From the NCBI GenBank assembly GCA_040414495.1, contig JBEDUI010000081.1:528-64527 (forward strand): 64,000 nt of DNA. Reading direction: 5' to 3'. A model generated the notes under the pieces. The model did not search any database. It worked only from the letters and a program-made list of their open reading frames with translations, and had not been told where the DNA came from. Origin of the DNA: Mycobacteriales bacterium. Lineage in GTDB: Bacteria; Actinomycetota; Actinomycetes; Mycobacteriales; QHCD01. This document shows positions 1 through 9,034 of this stretch, piece by piece. The position numbers and the translations under genes are program-made. Positions within the stretch are counted from its first letter, which is position 1. Each line of letters opens with the position of its first letter.

Positions 1-1381
1 GCCGGACCGTCGCCAACACCGAGGCGGCCTGCTCGCCGCCCATCACCGAAATGCGAGCGTTCGGCCACATCCACAGAAAGCGCGGCGAATACGCCCGGCC
101 GCACATCGAGTAATTCCCGGCGCCGAACGAACCGCCGATCACCACGGTCAACTTCGGTACCCGGGCACACGCGACCGCAGTGACCATTTTCGCGCCGTGC
201 TTGGCGATTCCGCCGGCCTCGTAATCGCGGCCGACCATGAACCCGGTGATGTTCTGCAGGAACACCAACGGAATCTGACGCCGGTCGCACAGCTCGATGA
301 AATGCGCACCCTTCAACGCCGACTCGCTGAACAGAATGCCATTGTTAGCGACGATTCCCACCGGATGGCCGCAAATATGCGCGAACCCGGTCACCAGCGT
401 CGGACCGTACAACGCCTTGAACTCCGCGAATCGGCTGCCGTCCACGACGCGCGCGATTACCTCGCGCACGTCATAGGCGGTACGGATTTCCGCCGGCACC
501 ACGCCGTACAACTGGGTCGGATCCACCGCCGGTTCCGCGGTCGGTTCGACCGCCCACGGACGCGGAATCCGCGGCGGCAACGTAGCGACGATCGACCGCA
601 GGATCTGTAATGCGTGCGCGTCGTCCTCGGCCAAATGGTCGGTGACGCCGGAAGTTCGGGAATGCAACTCACCGCCACCCAATTCCTCGGCGGTGACGTT
701 TTCCCCGGTCGCGGCCTTAACCAATGGCGGGCCGCCGAGAAAGATCGTCCCCTCGTCCCGGACGATCACGGCCTCGTCGCTCATCGCCGGTACGTACGCG
801 CCGCCGGCGGTACAGGAACCCATGACCGCGGCCAGCTGCGGAATTCCCTGGGCCGACATCGTGGCCTGGTTGTAGAAGATCCGGCCGAAATGCTCGCGGT
901 CGGGAAACACCTCGTCCTGGCGGGGCAGGAACGCGCCGCCGGAATCGACCAGGTAAATGCACGGCAGGTTATTGTGCAGCGCTATTTCCTGGGCCCGCAG
1001 GTGCTTTTTCACCGTCATCGGGTAATACGTGCCGCCCTTGACCGTGGCGTCGTTGGCGACGATCACGACCTCGCGGCCACTGACCCGGCCGACCCCGGTG
1101 ATGAGCCCGGCCGCGGGCGCTTCGTCGTCGTACATTCCGGTCGCGGCCAGCGGGGAAAGCTCAAGAAACGGCGAGGCCGGATCGACCAGCGCGTCAACCC
1201 GTTCCCGGGGCAGCATCTTGCCTCGTTCGGCGTGCCGGGCGCGGGCGCGGTCGGTGCCGCCCCGGGCCGCGGTCGCGAGCCGTTCCCGCAACTCGTCGGC
1301 CAATTCCCGGTGGTATTTCTCGTTACGGGCGAATTGCTCGCTGTTGGGGTCGGCGGTCGTGCCCAACACCGGAGCGTCCAT
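1..1381 (-). CDS. acyl-CoA carboxylase carboxyltransferase (beta) subunit, methylcrotonyl-CoA carboxylase-beta-like; 3' end runs off the window
   Basis: Absent from the ORF track because there is no in-window stop. My reverse-complement translation from ATG (1381..1379) reads [35 protein letters not shown]...[33 protein letters not shown]...[17 protein letters not shown]...[27 protein letters not shown]...[16 protein letters not shown]. These are the two carboxyltransferase half-domains of AccD/MccB-type enzymes. Confidence 0.85.
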   Translation of the reverse strand, partial: MDAPVLGTTADPNSEQFARNEKYHRELADELRERLATAARGGTDRARARHAERGKMLPRERVDALVDPASPFLELSPLAATGMYDDEAPAAGLITGVGRVSGREVVIVANDATVKGGTYYPMTVKKHLRAQEIALHNNLPCIYLVDSGGAFLPRQDEVFPDREHFGRIFYNQATMSAQGIPQLAAVMGSCTAGGAYVPAMSDEAVIVRDEGTIFLGGPPLVKAATGENVTAEELGGGELHSRTSGVTDHLAEDDAHALQILRSIVATLPPRIPRPWAVEPTAEPAVDPTQLYGVVPAEIRTAYDVREVIARVVDGSRFAEFKALYGPTLVTGFAHICGHPVGIVANNGILFSESALKGAHFIELCDRRQIPLVFLQNITGFMVGRDYEAGGIAKHGAKMVTAVACARVPKLTVVIGGSFGAGNYSMCGRAYSPRFLWMWPNARISVMGGEQAASVLATVR

Positions 1382-1521
1382 CCCTCGACTCACACCCTCC
1401 GAATGCCGGTGGAGCGACCCCGCTCCGTCGTTTCAGGTTAACGATCTTTGCCCGGCTGTGTCAGGGTGCGCGGCGGCGAAATACGGCCACCGCTGGTTTG
1501 GTCGGCTGAGCAGTCGCACCC

Positions 1522-2916
1522 CTAGAGCCCAGCGGTTTCCAACAGCCGCAGCCAGACCTCGCTGACGGTCGGGTACGACGGCACCGCGTGCCACAGCCGT
1601 TCCAGCGGTACCTCGCCGACGATCGCGATCGTCGCGGCGTGCAGCAACTCGCCCACCTCCGGGCCGACGAACGTCGCCCCGACCACCACCTGCCGCGACT
1701 CGTCGAGCACCAGCTGCGCCGTACCCCGGTACCCATCGGCCCGGACCGCGGCACCGGAGACGTCGCCGATCTTGTAGCTGACCACGCGGACCGCAAGCCC
1801 GGCCTCGCGGCCGGCGTACTCGGTCAAGCCGACCGACGCGACCTGCGGATCGGTGAAGATCACGCTCGGCGTGACGCCCTCGCGCACCGTGAACCGCTCG
1901 GCCGTCAACTCCTCACCCCGTACCCGGGCCACGATCACGTCCCCGCAGACCCGGGCCTCGTACTTGCCCATGTGCGTCAGCAACTCCCGGCCGGCCACAT
2001 CACCAACGGCGTAGAGCCAGCCCCCGGCGACATGCGTGTGCCGGTCGGCCCGCAGCCACGAGCCCGGTTTCAACCCGACCCGGTCCAGCCCGATGTCCGC
2101 GGTGTTGGGCCGCCGGCCGGTCGCCACCAACAGCGTGTCGACCTCGATCTCCTCGTCGCCGAGCATCACGGTGGTCGGGCCCTCGCCGGTCCGCCGTACC
2201 TCGCTGACGTTGGCGCCGGTATGCACGATCACCCCGCCTTCACGCAGCACCTCGACCATGCGCTCCCCAACGAACGGCTCGTGTGTGGCCAGCAGTCGGT
2301 CGGCCACCTCGAACAACGTGATCTTCGAGCCGAAGGCGTTCCACGCGGTGGCCATCTCGACACCGACCACGCCCCCGCCGATGATGCCCAGCCGGCGCGG
2401 CACCAGGTGCGTGCTCGTCGCCTCCCTACTCGTCCAGGGCCGGGCTTCACGCAGCCCGGGTATCGGCGGGATGCTGGCCGACGAACCGGTCGCCACGACG
2501 ACCGCGTGCCGGGCGCTGACGGTCTGCTCGATCCCGTCCGCGTCGACCACCGCCACGGTCCGCTCGCCGATCAGCCGGCCCCGACCCCGCAACACGTCGA
2601 TCCCCTTGCTGGTGGCCCAGTCGACCTGGCTCTTGTCCTCCCAGTGATGGGTGAATTCGTCGCGCCGGGACATCGTCGCCGGCACGCTGAGCGAACCGGT
2701 CACCGCCTCGGCCGCGCCGTGCACCGCCCGCGCCTGGGCCAGTACCTCGGGTCCGCGCAGTAACGCCTTGCTCGGCATGCAGGCCCAGTACGAACATTCG
2801 CCGCCGACCAGATTCGATTCGATCAGCGCCGCCGACAGCCCACCCCGTACGGCCCGGTCGGCGACGTTCTCACCGACCGCTCCCGCCCCGAGTACCACCA
2901 CGTCGTAGGTGTCCAT
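1522..2916 (-). CDS. class I pyridine nucleotide-disulfide oxidoreductase (dihydrolipoamide dehydrogenase / mercuric reductase-like family)
   Basis: ORF 1522..3141 trimmed to the internal ATG at 2916, which has GGAGG just upstream. MDTYDVVVLGAGAVGENVA gives the FAD GxGxxG fold, GGECSYWACMPSK the redox-active CxxxxC, and IIGGGVVGVE the second dinucleotide fold; a C-terminal dimerisation region follows. Confidence 0.85.
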   Translation of the reverse strand: MDTYDVVVLGAGAVGENVADRAVRGGLSAALIESNLVGGECSYWACMPSKALLRGPEVLAQARAVHGAAEAVTGSLSVPATMSRRDEFTHHWEDKSQVDWATSKGIDVLRGRGRLIGERTVAVVDADGIEQTVSARHAVVVATGSSASIPPIPGLREARPWTSREATSTHLVPRRLGIIGGGVVGVEMATAWNAFGSKITLFEVADRLLATHEPFVGERMVEVLREGGVIVHTGANVSEVRRTGEGPTTVMLGDEEIEVDTLLVATGRRPNTADIGLDRVGLKPGSWLRADRHTHVAGGWLYAVGDVAGRELLTHMGKYEARVCGDVIVARVRGEELTAERFTVREGVTPSVIFTDPQVASVGLTEYAGREAGLAVRVVSYKIGDVSGAAVRADGYRGTAQLVLDESRQVVVGATFVGPEVGELLHAATIAIVGEVPLERLWHAVPSYPTVSEVWLRLLETAGL

Positions 2917-2983
2917 GTCGCCTCCAGGTGGATCGACTCGAACAACAGCAAGCACGGCCGCGTCTACTAGTGTCGGTACGGTC

Positions 2984-3475
2984 ATGGTGACATCCGGAGA
3001 GTTCACGGCGGCGATGGCCGAGCTGGCCGGCAGCGTGGCGATCGTCTGCGTCCGGGACGAGGACGACGACGTCGGCATGACGAGTACGACGTTCTGTTCG
3101 CTGTCGCTCGAGCCGCCGCTGGTCGGGCTCGCGATCAACACGAAGTCCTATGTGGACGAACTGCTGGACCGGCGGCCCCGGTGGGCGGTGACCGTGCTCT
3201 CGGCCGGCCAGCGTGGAGTGGCGAGCCGGTTCGCCGCGGCGGGCCGGCCGAGCGCCCGGCTGTTGCTGGCCGATCTGCCGCATCACCGCGGGACGCTCTC
3301 CGGTGGGCTCATCGCCGAGGGCGGGGTGGCCGCATTGGAGTGCGAGACCGTGCAGCGGGTTCCGACTGGCGACCACACGCTGCTGGTGGCCCGGCCGTTG
3401 GCGGTCGACTACCTCGGCGGGGAGGCGGACCGGCCGTTGATTTATCGGCGCCGGCGCTACGGCGGGGTCGAATAG
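2984..3475 (+). CDS. flavin reductase-like FMN-binding domain protein
   Basis: ORF 2909..3475 trimmed to ATG 2984 (MVTSGEFTAAMAELAGSVAIVCVRDEDDDVGMTSTTFCSLSLEPPLVGLAI...), an HpaC/NADH:flavin reductase type pattern. Divergent from the disulfide reductase with 67 bp between the starts. Confidence 0.75.
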   Translation: MVTSGEFTAAMAELAGSVAIVCVRDEDDDVGMTSTTFCSLSLEPPLVGLAINTKSYVDELLDRRPRWAVTVLSAGQRGVASRFAAAGRPSARLLLADLPHHRGTLSGGLIAEGGVAALECETVQRVPTGDHTLLVARPLAVDYLGGEADRPLIYRRRRYGGVE

Positions 3476-3482
3476 AAACGGC

Positions 3483-3537
3483 GAAAGCGGAGACGTGCCG
3501 CCTCACCCCGTGGCCGAGGCGGACCGTCTCCGCTTTC
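3483..3537. terminator. bidirectional stem-loop between convergent genes
   Basis: GAAAGCGGAGACG (3483-3495) is the perfect complement of CGTCTCCGCTTTC (3525-3537). An inner CCGCCTC/GAGGCGG hairpin is also present. It lies between the flavin reductase stop and the sortase stop. Confidence 0.6.
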
Positions 3538-3552
3538 TGTGCCCTCTATGTG

Positions 3553-4215
3553 TTACGGACCAACTTTGGTCAGATGCGCCGACACCACGACGTTCTCCGG
3601 CGGCCGGCCGGGACGCAACGCGCCTCCGCAGCTGATGAGCCGGAGGGATGGGTACGTCGTGGGGGCGTAGATCTGCTCGGTCGGCAGCGTTCCGGGCCGG
3701 TAGCCACGGACGCTGTCGACCGAATACGTCGCCACGCGGCCGTCCTTGCGACGGACCGACATGGTCTGGTGCGGACCCAGTTTGGCGAGTCGGGCGAATA
3801 CGGCTGGCCTGCCGTCGCTCGCCCGGATGTAGCCGACAATGACGCTGGTGCCGGCCGAGCCAGGCGTCGCCGACCGGTCGTACCAACCTGCACGCGATGC
3901 CGGATGGGGCAGCTGCAGTTTGTGTTGGACGGTGCCGAGTCGGACCAACGAGCTGTCGACGCCCATAGTCGGGATGGCGATATGAACCGGATCCGAAGCC
4001 GGGAGCGCGGCCCCGCCGAGCGGGCGACTCGTCGTCGTTGACGATCCGTCCCGCCCGGCGTGTGGCGTCGGCCTCGCCCGGTTCGCGTCAGGGGATGGGT
4101 AACGCGAACCGAACAGGCCTGCGCCAAGCACGGCCGCCCCGGAGAGGATGAGGGCACCGACGGCCACCGACGCGATGATGCGTCGGCGACCGCCGTCGTG
4201 CCGTGCGCGAATCAC
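3553..4215 (-). CDS. sortase family protein, class F-like, with Tyr at the canonical catalytic His position
   Basis: N-terminal TM (IIASVAVGALILSGAAVLGAGLF), then IPTMGVDSSLVRLG...AGWY...GTSVIVGYIRASDGRPAVFARL...LRLISCGG...ENVVVSA, matching the class F sortase layout (xAGHVD....GPAVF / TCGG). The GTG start sits directly after the TAA stop of the upstream giant gene (TAAGTG). Confidence 0.8.
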   Translation of the reverse strand: MIRARHDGGRRRIIASVAVGALILSGAAVLGAGLFGSRYPSPDANRARPTPHAGRDGSSTTTSRPLGGAALPASDPVHIAIPTMGVDSSLVRLGTVQHKLQLPHPASRAGWYDRSATPGSAGTSVIVGYIRASDGRPAVFARLAKLGPHQTMSVRRKDGRVATYSVDSVRGYRPGTLPTEQIYAPTTYPSLRLISCGGALRPGRPPENVVVSAHLTKVGP

Positions 4216-7200
4216 TTAGAGCGGGAGTCCGCTCTCGTTCAGGCTGCTCAGCGGCGAACCGTTGGTGATCTGGCCAACCGGCAGACCACCCATGTCGGCG
4301 CCACCGAGGACGCTGGACAGACCGCCCAGACCCTGCAGCACGTTGGTCAGCCCAGTGATGTTCTGGACCGGCAGCTGGCTAACCGGAGAGGACACCGGAG
4401 CCGCAGCCGGGGCGACCGAAGCCGCACTCGGGCTGACGACCGGCAGCTGGCCGACGGGCAGCTGCCCGAGGGGCAGCTCCTCGAGCGGGTCACCGCCGAG
4501 GGCACCGGACAGACCGCCCAGACCCTGCAGCACGTTGGTCACACCGGTCAGGTTCTGGACCGGCAGGCCACCCAGCGGAGAAGACACCGGTGCGGCCACC
4601 GGGTGGATCTCCTGGGTCGAGGCCGCGGGCGCCGCGCCGCCACCGGCGACCGGCAGACCCTGCAGCGCGCTCGCCTGGCTCAGGACCGGCAGGCCCTGGC
4701 TCGCCAGACCGTTGCTGGCCACCCCGGCACCACCGAAGAGGCTGGTGAGCGGGTTGCTGGGCGCCTCACCCGGGTCGTTGAACGGGAAACCGTCCAGCGC
4801 GGCCGGGATGTGCATGACGTCCACCAGCGGGTTGCTCGGCACCGTGGTCGGGGTGTCGGTCAGCTCAGGGCTCTCGTTGAGCATGCCGTTGCCCTCGGCC
4901 AGCGCGATCAGGTTGCCGTCGATCGGCAGGTTGGTCGTGCCGGCGCCCTTGAAGTCCCGGGACGAACCCAGGTAGGACTCCGAGGGGTTGCCGTTCTCCG
5001 CGCCGTTGCCGGACGCGATCGCAACCACGTTGCCCACCACCGGCACGTTGATGTTGTCCGCGAGGTCAACATTCGAGCCGTACTTCTTCTGGGTGGGCGA
5101 GTCGAGCTGGGTCGGGTTGCCGTTCTGGTCGCCGTTGCCGTTGCTCAGCGCGGCGAAGCTCCCCAACACCGGGACGTTGACGTTGTCGGCGACGCCGAAG
5201 CTCTCGCCGTTGTTGTCCTTGGTGTCGACCTGCACCGGGTAACCGTTCTGCGACCCGTTGCCGTGGTCGACCGCCCAACCGGAGCCGTTCAGCGGGAGGT
5301 TCAGGTTGCGGAACAACCGGAACTCCGAGCCGTAACCGGAGCTGTCACCGTCCTGCGTGACGTGGCCGGGGTTTTCGTTGTTGAGCTGGGTCACGCCACC
5401 GTTCTGCGACCCGTTGCCGGAGTCGCCGGCCTGGCCCGCACCGGAGACCGGCAGGTTGACGTTGTCGCCGATGCCGATCCGGGAACCCGGGTTGCTGGCG
5501 GTGTCACCCTGGCTGACCAACTGGTTCTGCGTGCCGTTGCCGACATCCGCACCCTGGCCGACGCCGACCGCGGGGATGTTGATGTTACGGAACAGCAGCA
5601 GGCTCGAGCCCCACCCGGAGGTCACCGGGTCGGTGGTCGAACCGATACCAGAGGTGTTGTTCTGGTCGACCTTGCCGTTCTGCGACCCGTTGCCGGAGTC
5701 GCCGCCCTGACCCGCACCGTTCAGCGGGATGTTGACGTTGTCGCCAACGCTGAGGCTCGAGCCGGGGGTACGGCCGGTGTCGTTCTGGTTGACGACCTGG
5801 TTCTGCGCGCCGTTGCCGACGAGGCCGCCCTGACCCACACCCACGACCGGGATGTCGGCGTTACGCAGCAACTCGATCTGCGAGCCGAACCCACGGGCGG
5901 AGCCGTCCTTGGACAGCGTCCCGTTGTCGGTCCAGTTGCGCTGATGTACGTCGCCGTTCTGCGCGCCGTTGCCGGACGCGCCGCCCTGACCCGCACCGTT
6001 GATCGGGAAGATCGCGTTGTCCGCGACACCGATCTGCGAGCCGGGGTTGTTCCCGCTGTCGAACTGGGTGCGGTTCCCGTTCTGCGCGCCGTTACCGACG
6101 TCGCCGCCCTGACCCACGCCGATGGCGCCGCTGTCCAGGTTGCGGAACAGCTTGACCTCGGAGCCCCAGCCGTAGACGTCGTCAGCGACGCCGCCCTTGC
6201 CGGTCGTGGTCTGGGTGGTGTTGCCGTTCTGCGACCCGTTGCCGGTGACCCCGCCCTGCCCGACACCGACGGCCTGGATGATGCCGTTGTCGGCGATCGT
6301 GATCGACGAGCCGGGGCTGTTGTGGCTGTCGGTCTGGGTCGCGTTGCCGTTCTGCGACCCGTTGCCGGAGACCCCGCCCTGGCCCGCGCCGTTCAGCGGG
6401 GCGTAGACGTTGCGGAACACGTTGACGCTCTCGCCCCAACCGCCCACGCCGTCCTTGTTGACCCAGCCGTGGCCCTGGGTGTTGGTCTGGGTCTTGTCGC
6501 CGTTCTGCGCGCCGTTGCCGACGTCGCCGCCCTGGCCGACCCCGACCACCGGAATCGCGATGTTGTCCGCCGCGCTGATGGCCGACCCCTGGGTGTGGCC
6601 GTCATCGCTCTGGCTGACGTTGCCGTTCTGCGACCCGTTGCCGGAGACCCCGCCCTGACCCGCACCGTTCAACGGGATGTCGAGGTTACGGAACAGGTTG
6701 ACCGCCGAGCCCCAGCCCTGGATCTTGTCCGGGGTGTTGGAGCCCTCGCCGTTGGTGTTGCTCTGGTCGATGTTGCCGTTCTGCGCACCGTTGGCGACGT
6801 CACCGGCCTGGCCGGCGCCCGCGCCCTGCACGACCGCGTTGTCGGCGATCGAGACCGCCGAGCCCGGCGAACCGGCCTCGTCGACCTGCGACACGTCACC
6901 GTTCTGCGCCGCGTTGCCGACCACGCCAGCCTGCCCGGCACCGTCAATCGGCACCCGGACGTTGCGGAACAGGTTCACGGCCGAGCCGAACCCGGTGATG
7001 TTGTCGTAGCTCTGCGGCGGGTCGTTCGGCCCGAAGTTGGCCTGCGACACGTCGCCGTTCTGCGCGCCGTTGCCGACGACGCCCGCCTGACCCGCGCCGG
7101 TGGCCGGGATGTTCAGGTTGTCCGCCAGGCTGGCGAACGCCGGGTTGCCGCTGGGCTGATCCAGCTGCGAGATGTCGCCGTTCTGCGACCCGTTACCGAT

Positions 7201-8943
7201 GTCGCCGGCCTGACCCGCGCCGTTGAGCGGGGTGTTGGCGTTGCCGAGCAGGTTCAGACCCGAGCTGGTCGTGTTGTCCTGCAGCGCCTGGTCGACGTCG
7301 CCGTTCTGGGCGGCGTTACCGGTGTCGAATGCCTGGCCGGACGCGTTGACCGGCAGGTTCAGGTCGTCGACCAGCCGGAAGGCCGATCCCTCGCCACTGT
7401 CGCCGGTCCCTGCCATCGGGCTGGCGGCCGCGTTCGTCGTGCCGCGGTACGGCTCCGCCCCGTCGGTGTTGTCGGAGTACTGGGTGACGTCACCGTTCTG
7501 GGTGTTGTTGCCGGTGTCGACGGCCATGCCGTGCGCGTTGATCGGCACGTTGACGATGCCGGCGATGCCGTGCCCGTCGCCGAGCGTCTGGCTGACGGCG
7601 CCGTTCTGCGAGTTGTTGCCGCTGTCCACGGTCAAGACGTTGGCGTCAACCGGCATGTCGACGCTGCCCAGGATCCGCGACCCGTTGCCCTTGCCGACGT
7701 ACTCCTGGTCGATCGTCCCGTTCTGGGAGTTACGGCCGGAGTCGATGGCGGCCGCGGTCAGGTGCAGCGGAGCCTCGATGTCGCCGAGGGCGCCACCGGA
7801 CTTGGTGCTGTGCTGACCGGCCGGCGTACGCGGCTTGACGCCCACGTCGAGCAGCTCGATCTCGTGCCCGCTGGCCGTCTCGATGTTCGCGTGCGCGGTA
7901 GCCGCACTCAGTACGGTCTGCACCGGGTTGCTCGCGTCGGGCTTGAGCCCGCCGTCCGGTCCGATGCCCAGGTCGGGCGCCACCGGCAGGCCGGTGTCCT
8001 GCAGCGGCAGGCTCTTGCCCGCTGCCGACAGCTGGCCGGTCGGCTTCGTGGCCCCCGGCTGCAGCGATTCGGTGACCGTGCTGACGCCCTTGTTGAGCCC
8101 CTGCTCGGTCAGGTTCTGTGCAACCGGCAGGTTCCCGAGCATCGCCTTGGCCGCGTTGCTCGGCCCGGACGTCGCGTTGGCCAAGGTGTTGGCCGGCTTC
8201 GACTCGGGCGTGTTCTTCGGCGCGGCCGAAGCGGCTGGCAGATGACCCAGTACGGATCCGGCCGCCGGCAGTTGGCCCAGCGACTGCAGCGCGCTGGTCG
8301 GCGCCTGGACCAGGTTGGTCGGCGCCTGCAGCAGCGAGGTCGCCGAGTCCAGTCCAGGCAGACCACCGAGCAGCCCGCCGGACTGCTGCGGCCGGCTAAC
8401 CGGGTGCACAGTCTCGCGGGTGGCGTGCGTAGTGGTGTGCGCCGGAGCCGCGTGCGACGTGGCCACCTTGGGGGTGGTGGCCACGTGCGGGGCGGTGTGC
8501 GTCGCCGGCTGCGGAGCCGGAGCCGAGTGGGTGACCGGCGCCTGGGGCAGCGCGTGCTCCACGGTGCTGGTCGCACGACGGGCGGCCTTCACGACCGCCT
8601 TGGCCGGAGCCCCTGCCCGCTTCGTAGCAGCCCGCTTCGTAGCTGCCGGCTTGGCTGCCGACCTGGTCGGTGTCGCCTGGTGCGCCGGCGCTGCCGCACG
8701 GGGGGTCAGCGGCGACTGCGGCGAGAGGACATCGACGGTGTTGCTGACAATCTGCTTCGTGCTGTGCACCGCGTCCTGCACGGTGCCGTGCGTTGCCGAC
8801 CCTGACAATCCCGGCAACGCAAGTCTGGTCACGTCACTGGACGCCTTGCCCGGCGTGGAAGCGTGTGCCGCTCCCGCGCCGACCGCGACGAAACCCGCGG
8901 TGATGACGGCTGTTTCCAGTGATCTCCGGACCCAAGACTGCAT
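4216..8943 (-). CDS. 1575-aa secreted repeat protein (Asn/Gly/Gln-rich, solenoid-like), function unknown
   Basis: Signal peptide MQSWVRRSLETAVITAGFVAVGAGAAHA|ST, then an Ala/Pro/Thr/His-rich linker. This is followed by 22 repeats of N-[LIV]-x-[IV]-P-[LIV]-x-G-x-G-Q-[GA]-G-x-x-G-N-G-[SA]-Q-N-G and a duplicated C-terminal LPVQN[LI]TG[VL]TNVLQGLGGLS module. The antisense 1581-aa ORF (4060..8805) is a high-GC shadow. Confidence 0.85.
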   Translation of the reverse strand: MQSWVRRSLETAVITAGFVAVGAGAAHASTPGKASSDVTRLALPGLSGSATHGTVQDAVHSTKQIVSNTVDVLSPQSPLTPRAAAPAHQATPTRSAAKPAATKRAATKRAGAPAKAVVKAARRATSTVEHALPQAPVTHSAPAPQPATHTAPHVATTPKVATSHAAPAHTTTHATRETVHPVSRPQQSGGLLGGLPGLDSATSLLQAPTNLVQAPTSALQSLGQLPAAGSVLGHLPAASAAPKNTPESKPANTLANATSGPSNAAKAMLGNLPVAQNLTEQGLNKGVSTVTESLQPGATKPTGQLSAAGKSLPLQDTGLPVAPDLGIGPDGGLKPDASNPVQTVLSAATAHANIETASGHEIELLDVGVKPRTPAGQHSTKSGGALGDIEAPLHLTAAAIDSGRNSQNGTIDQEYVGKGNGSRILGSVDMPVDANVLTVDSGNNSQNGAVSQTLGDGHGIAGIVNVPINAHGMAVDTGNNTQNGDVTQYSDNTDGAEPYRGTTNAAASPMAGTGDSGEGSAFRLVDDLNLPVNASGQAFDTGNAAQNGDVDQALQDNTTSSGLNLLGNANTPLNGAGQAGDIGNGSQNGDISQLDQPSGNPAFASLADNLNIPATGAGQAGVVGNGAQNGDVSQANFGPNDPPQSYDNITGFGSAVNLFRNVRVPIDGAGQAGVVGNAAQNGDVSQVDEAGSPGSAVSIADNAVVQGAGAGQAGDVANGAQNGNIDQSNTNGEGSNTPDKIQGWGSAVNLFRNLDIPLNGAGQGGVSGNGSQNGNVSQSDDGHTQGSAISAADNIAIPVVGVGQGGDVGNGAQNGDKTQTNTQGHGWVNKDGVGGWGESVNVFRNVYAPLNGAGQGGVSGNGSQNGNATQTDSHNSPGSSITIADNGIIQAVGVGQGGVTGNGSQNGNTTQTTTGKGGVADDVYGWGSEVKLFRNLDSGAIGVGQGGDVGNGAQNGNRTQFDSGNNPGSQIGVADNAIFPINGAGQGGASGNGAQNGDVHQRNWTDNGTLSKDGSARGFGSQIELLRNADIPVVGVGQGGLVGNGAQNQVVNQNDTGRTPGSSLSVGDNVNIPLNGAGQGGDSGNGSQNGKVDQNNTSGIGSTTDPVTSGWGSSLLLFRNINIPAVGVGQGADVGNGTQNQLVSQGDTASNPGSRIGIGDNVNLPVSGAGQAGDSGNGSQNGGVTQLNNENPGHVTQDGDSSGYGSEFRLFRNLNLPLNGSGWAVDHGNGSQNGYPVQVDTKDNNGESFGVADNVNVPVLGSFAALSNGNGDQNGNPTQLDSPTQKKYGSNVDLADNINVPVVGNVVAIASGNGAENGNPSESYLGSSRDFKGAGTTNLPIDGNLIALAEGNGMLNESPELTDTPTTVPSNPLVDVMHIPAALDGFPFNDPGEAPSNPLTSLFGGAGVASNGLASQGLPVLSQASALQGLPVAGGGAAPAASTQEIHPVAAPVSSPLGGLPVQNLTGVTNVLQGLGGLSGALGGDPLEELPLGQLPVGQLPVVSPSAASVAPAAAPVSSPVSQLPVQNITGLTNVLQGLGGLSSVLGGADMGGLPVGQITNGSPLSSLNESGLPL
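4876..7791 (-). repeat. intragenic tandem repeat array (22 units; ~92-aa super-repeat made of alternating 41-aa and ~51-aa units)
   Basis: Counting residues, the xQNG/xQNQ/AENG cores fall at 406, 445, 481, 545, 586, 627, 679, 720, 771, 812, 863, 904, 953, 994, 1046, 1087, 1138, 1179, 1231, 1272, 1315 and ~1352. From residue 545 to 1272 the spacings are 41,41,52,41,51,41,51,41,49,41,52,41,51,41,52,41 (alternating after the first two). The long units carry G[WFY]GSxVxLFRN. Confidence 0.9.
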
Positions 8944-9034
8944 GGGAGATCCCTCTCTCTCGGATTCTGGCGGTGGTTACGTACGCCAGACAGGGGGGCG
9001 TACGGGACCCTCGTTGTGATCGCGAGAGAGCGGA

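Noticed and set aside
4060-8805. 1581-aa plus-strand ORF antisense to the giant repeat gene
   Set aside because: The product is Arg/Val/Ala/Gly-rich with no signal or domain logic. It is the typical high-GC shadow ORF of the minus-strand gene, which itself has a signal peptide, a regular repeat grammar and a coupled downstream gene.
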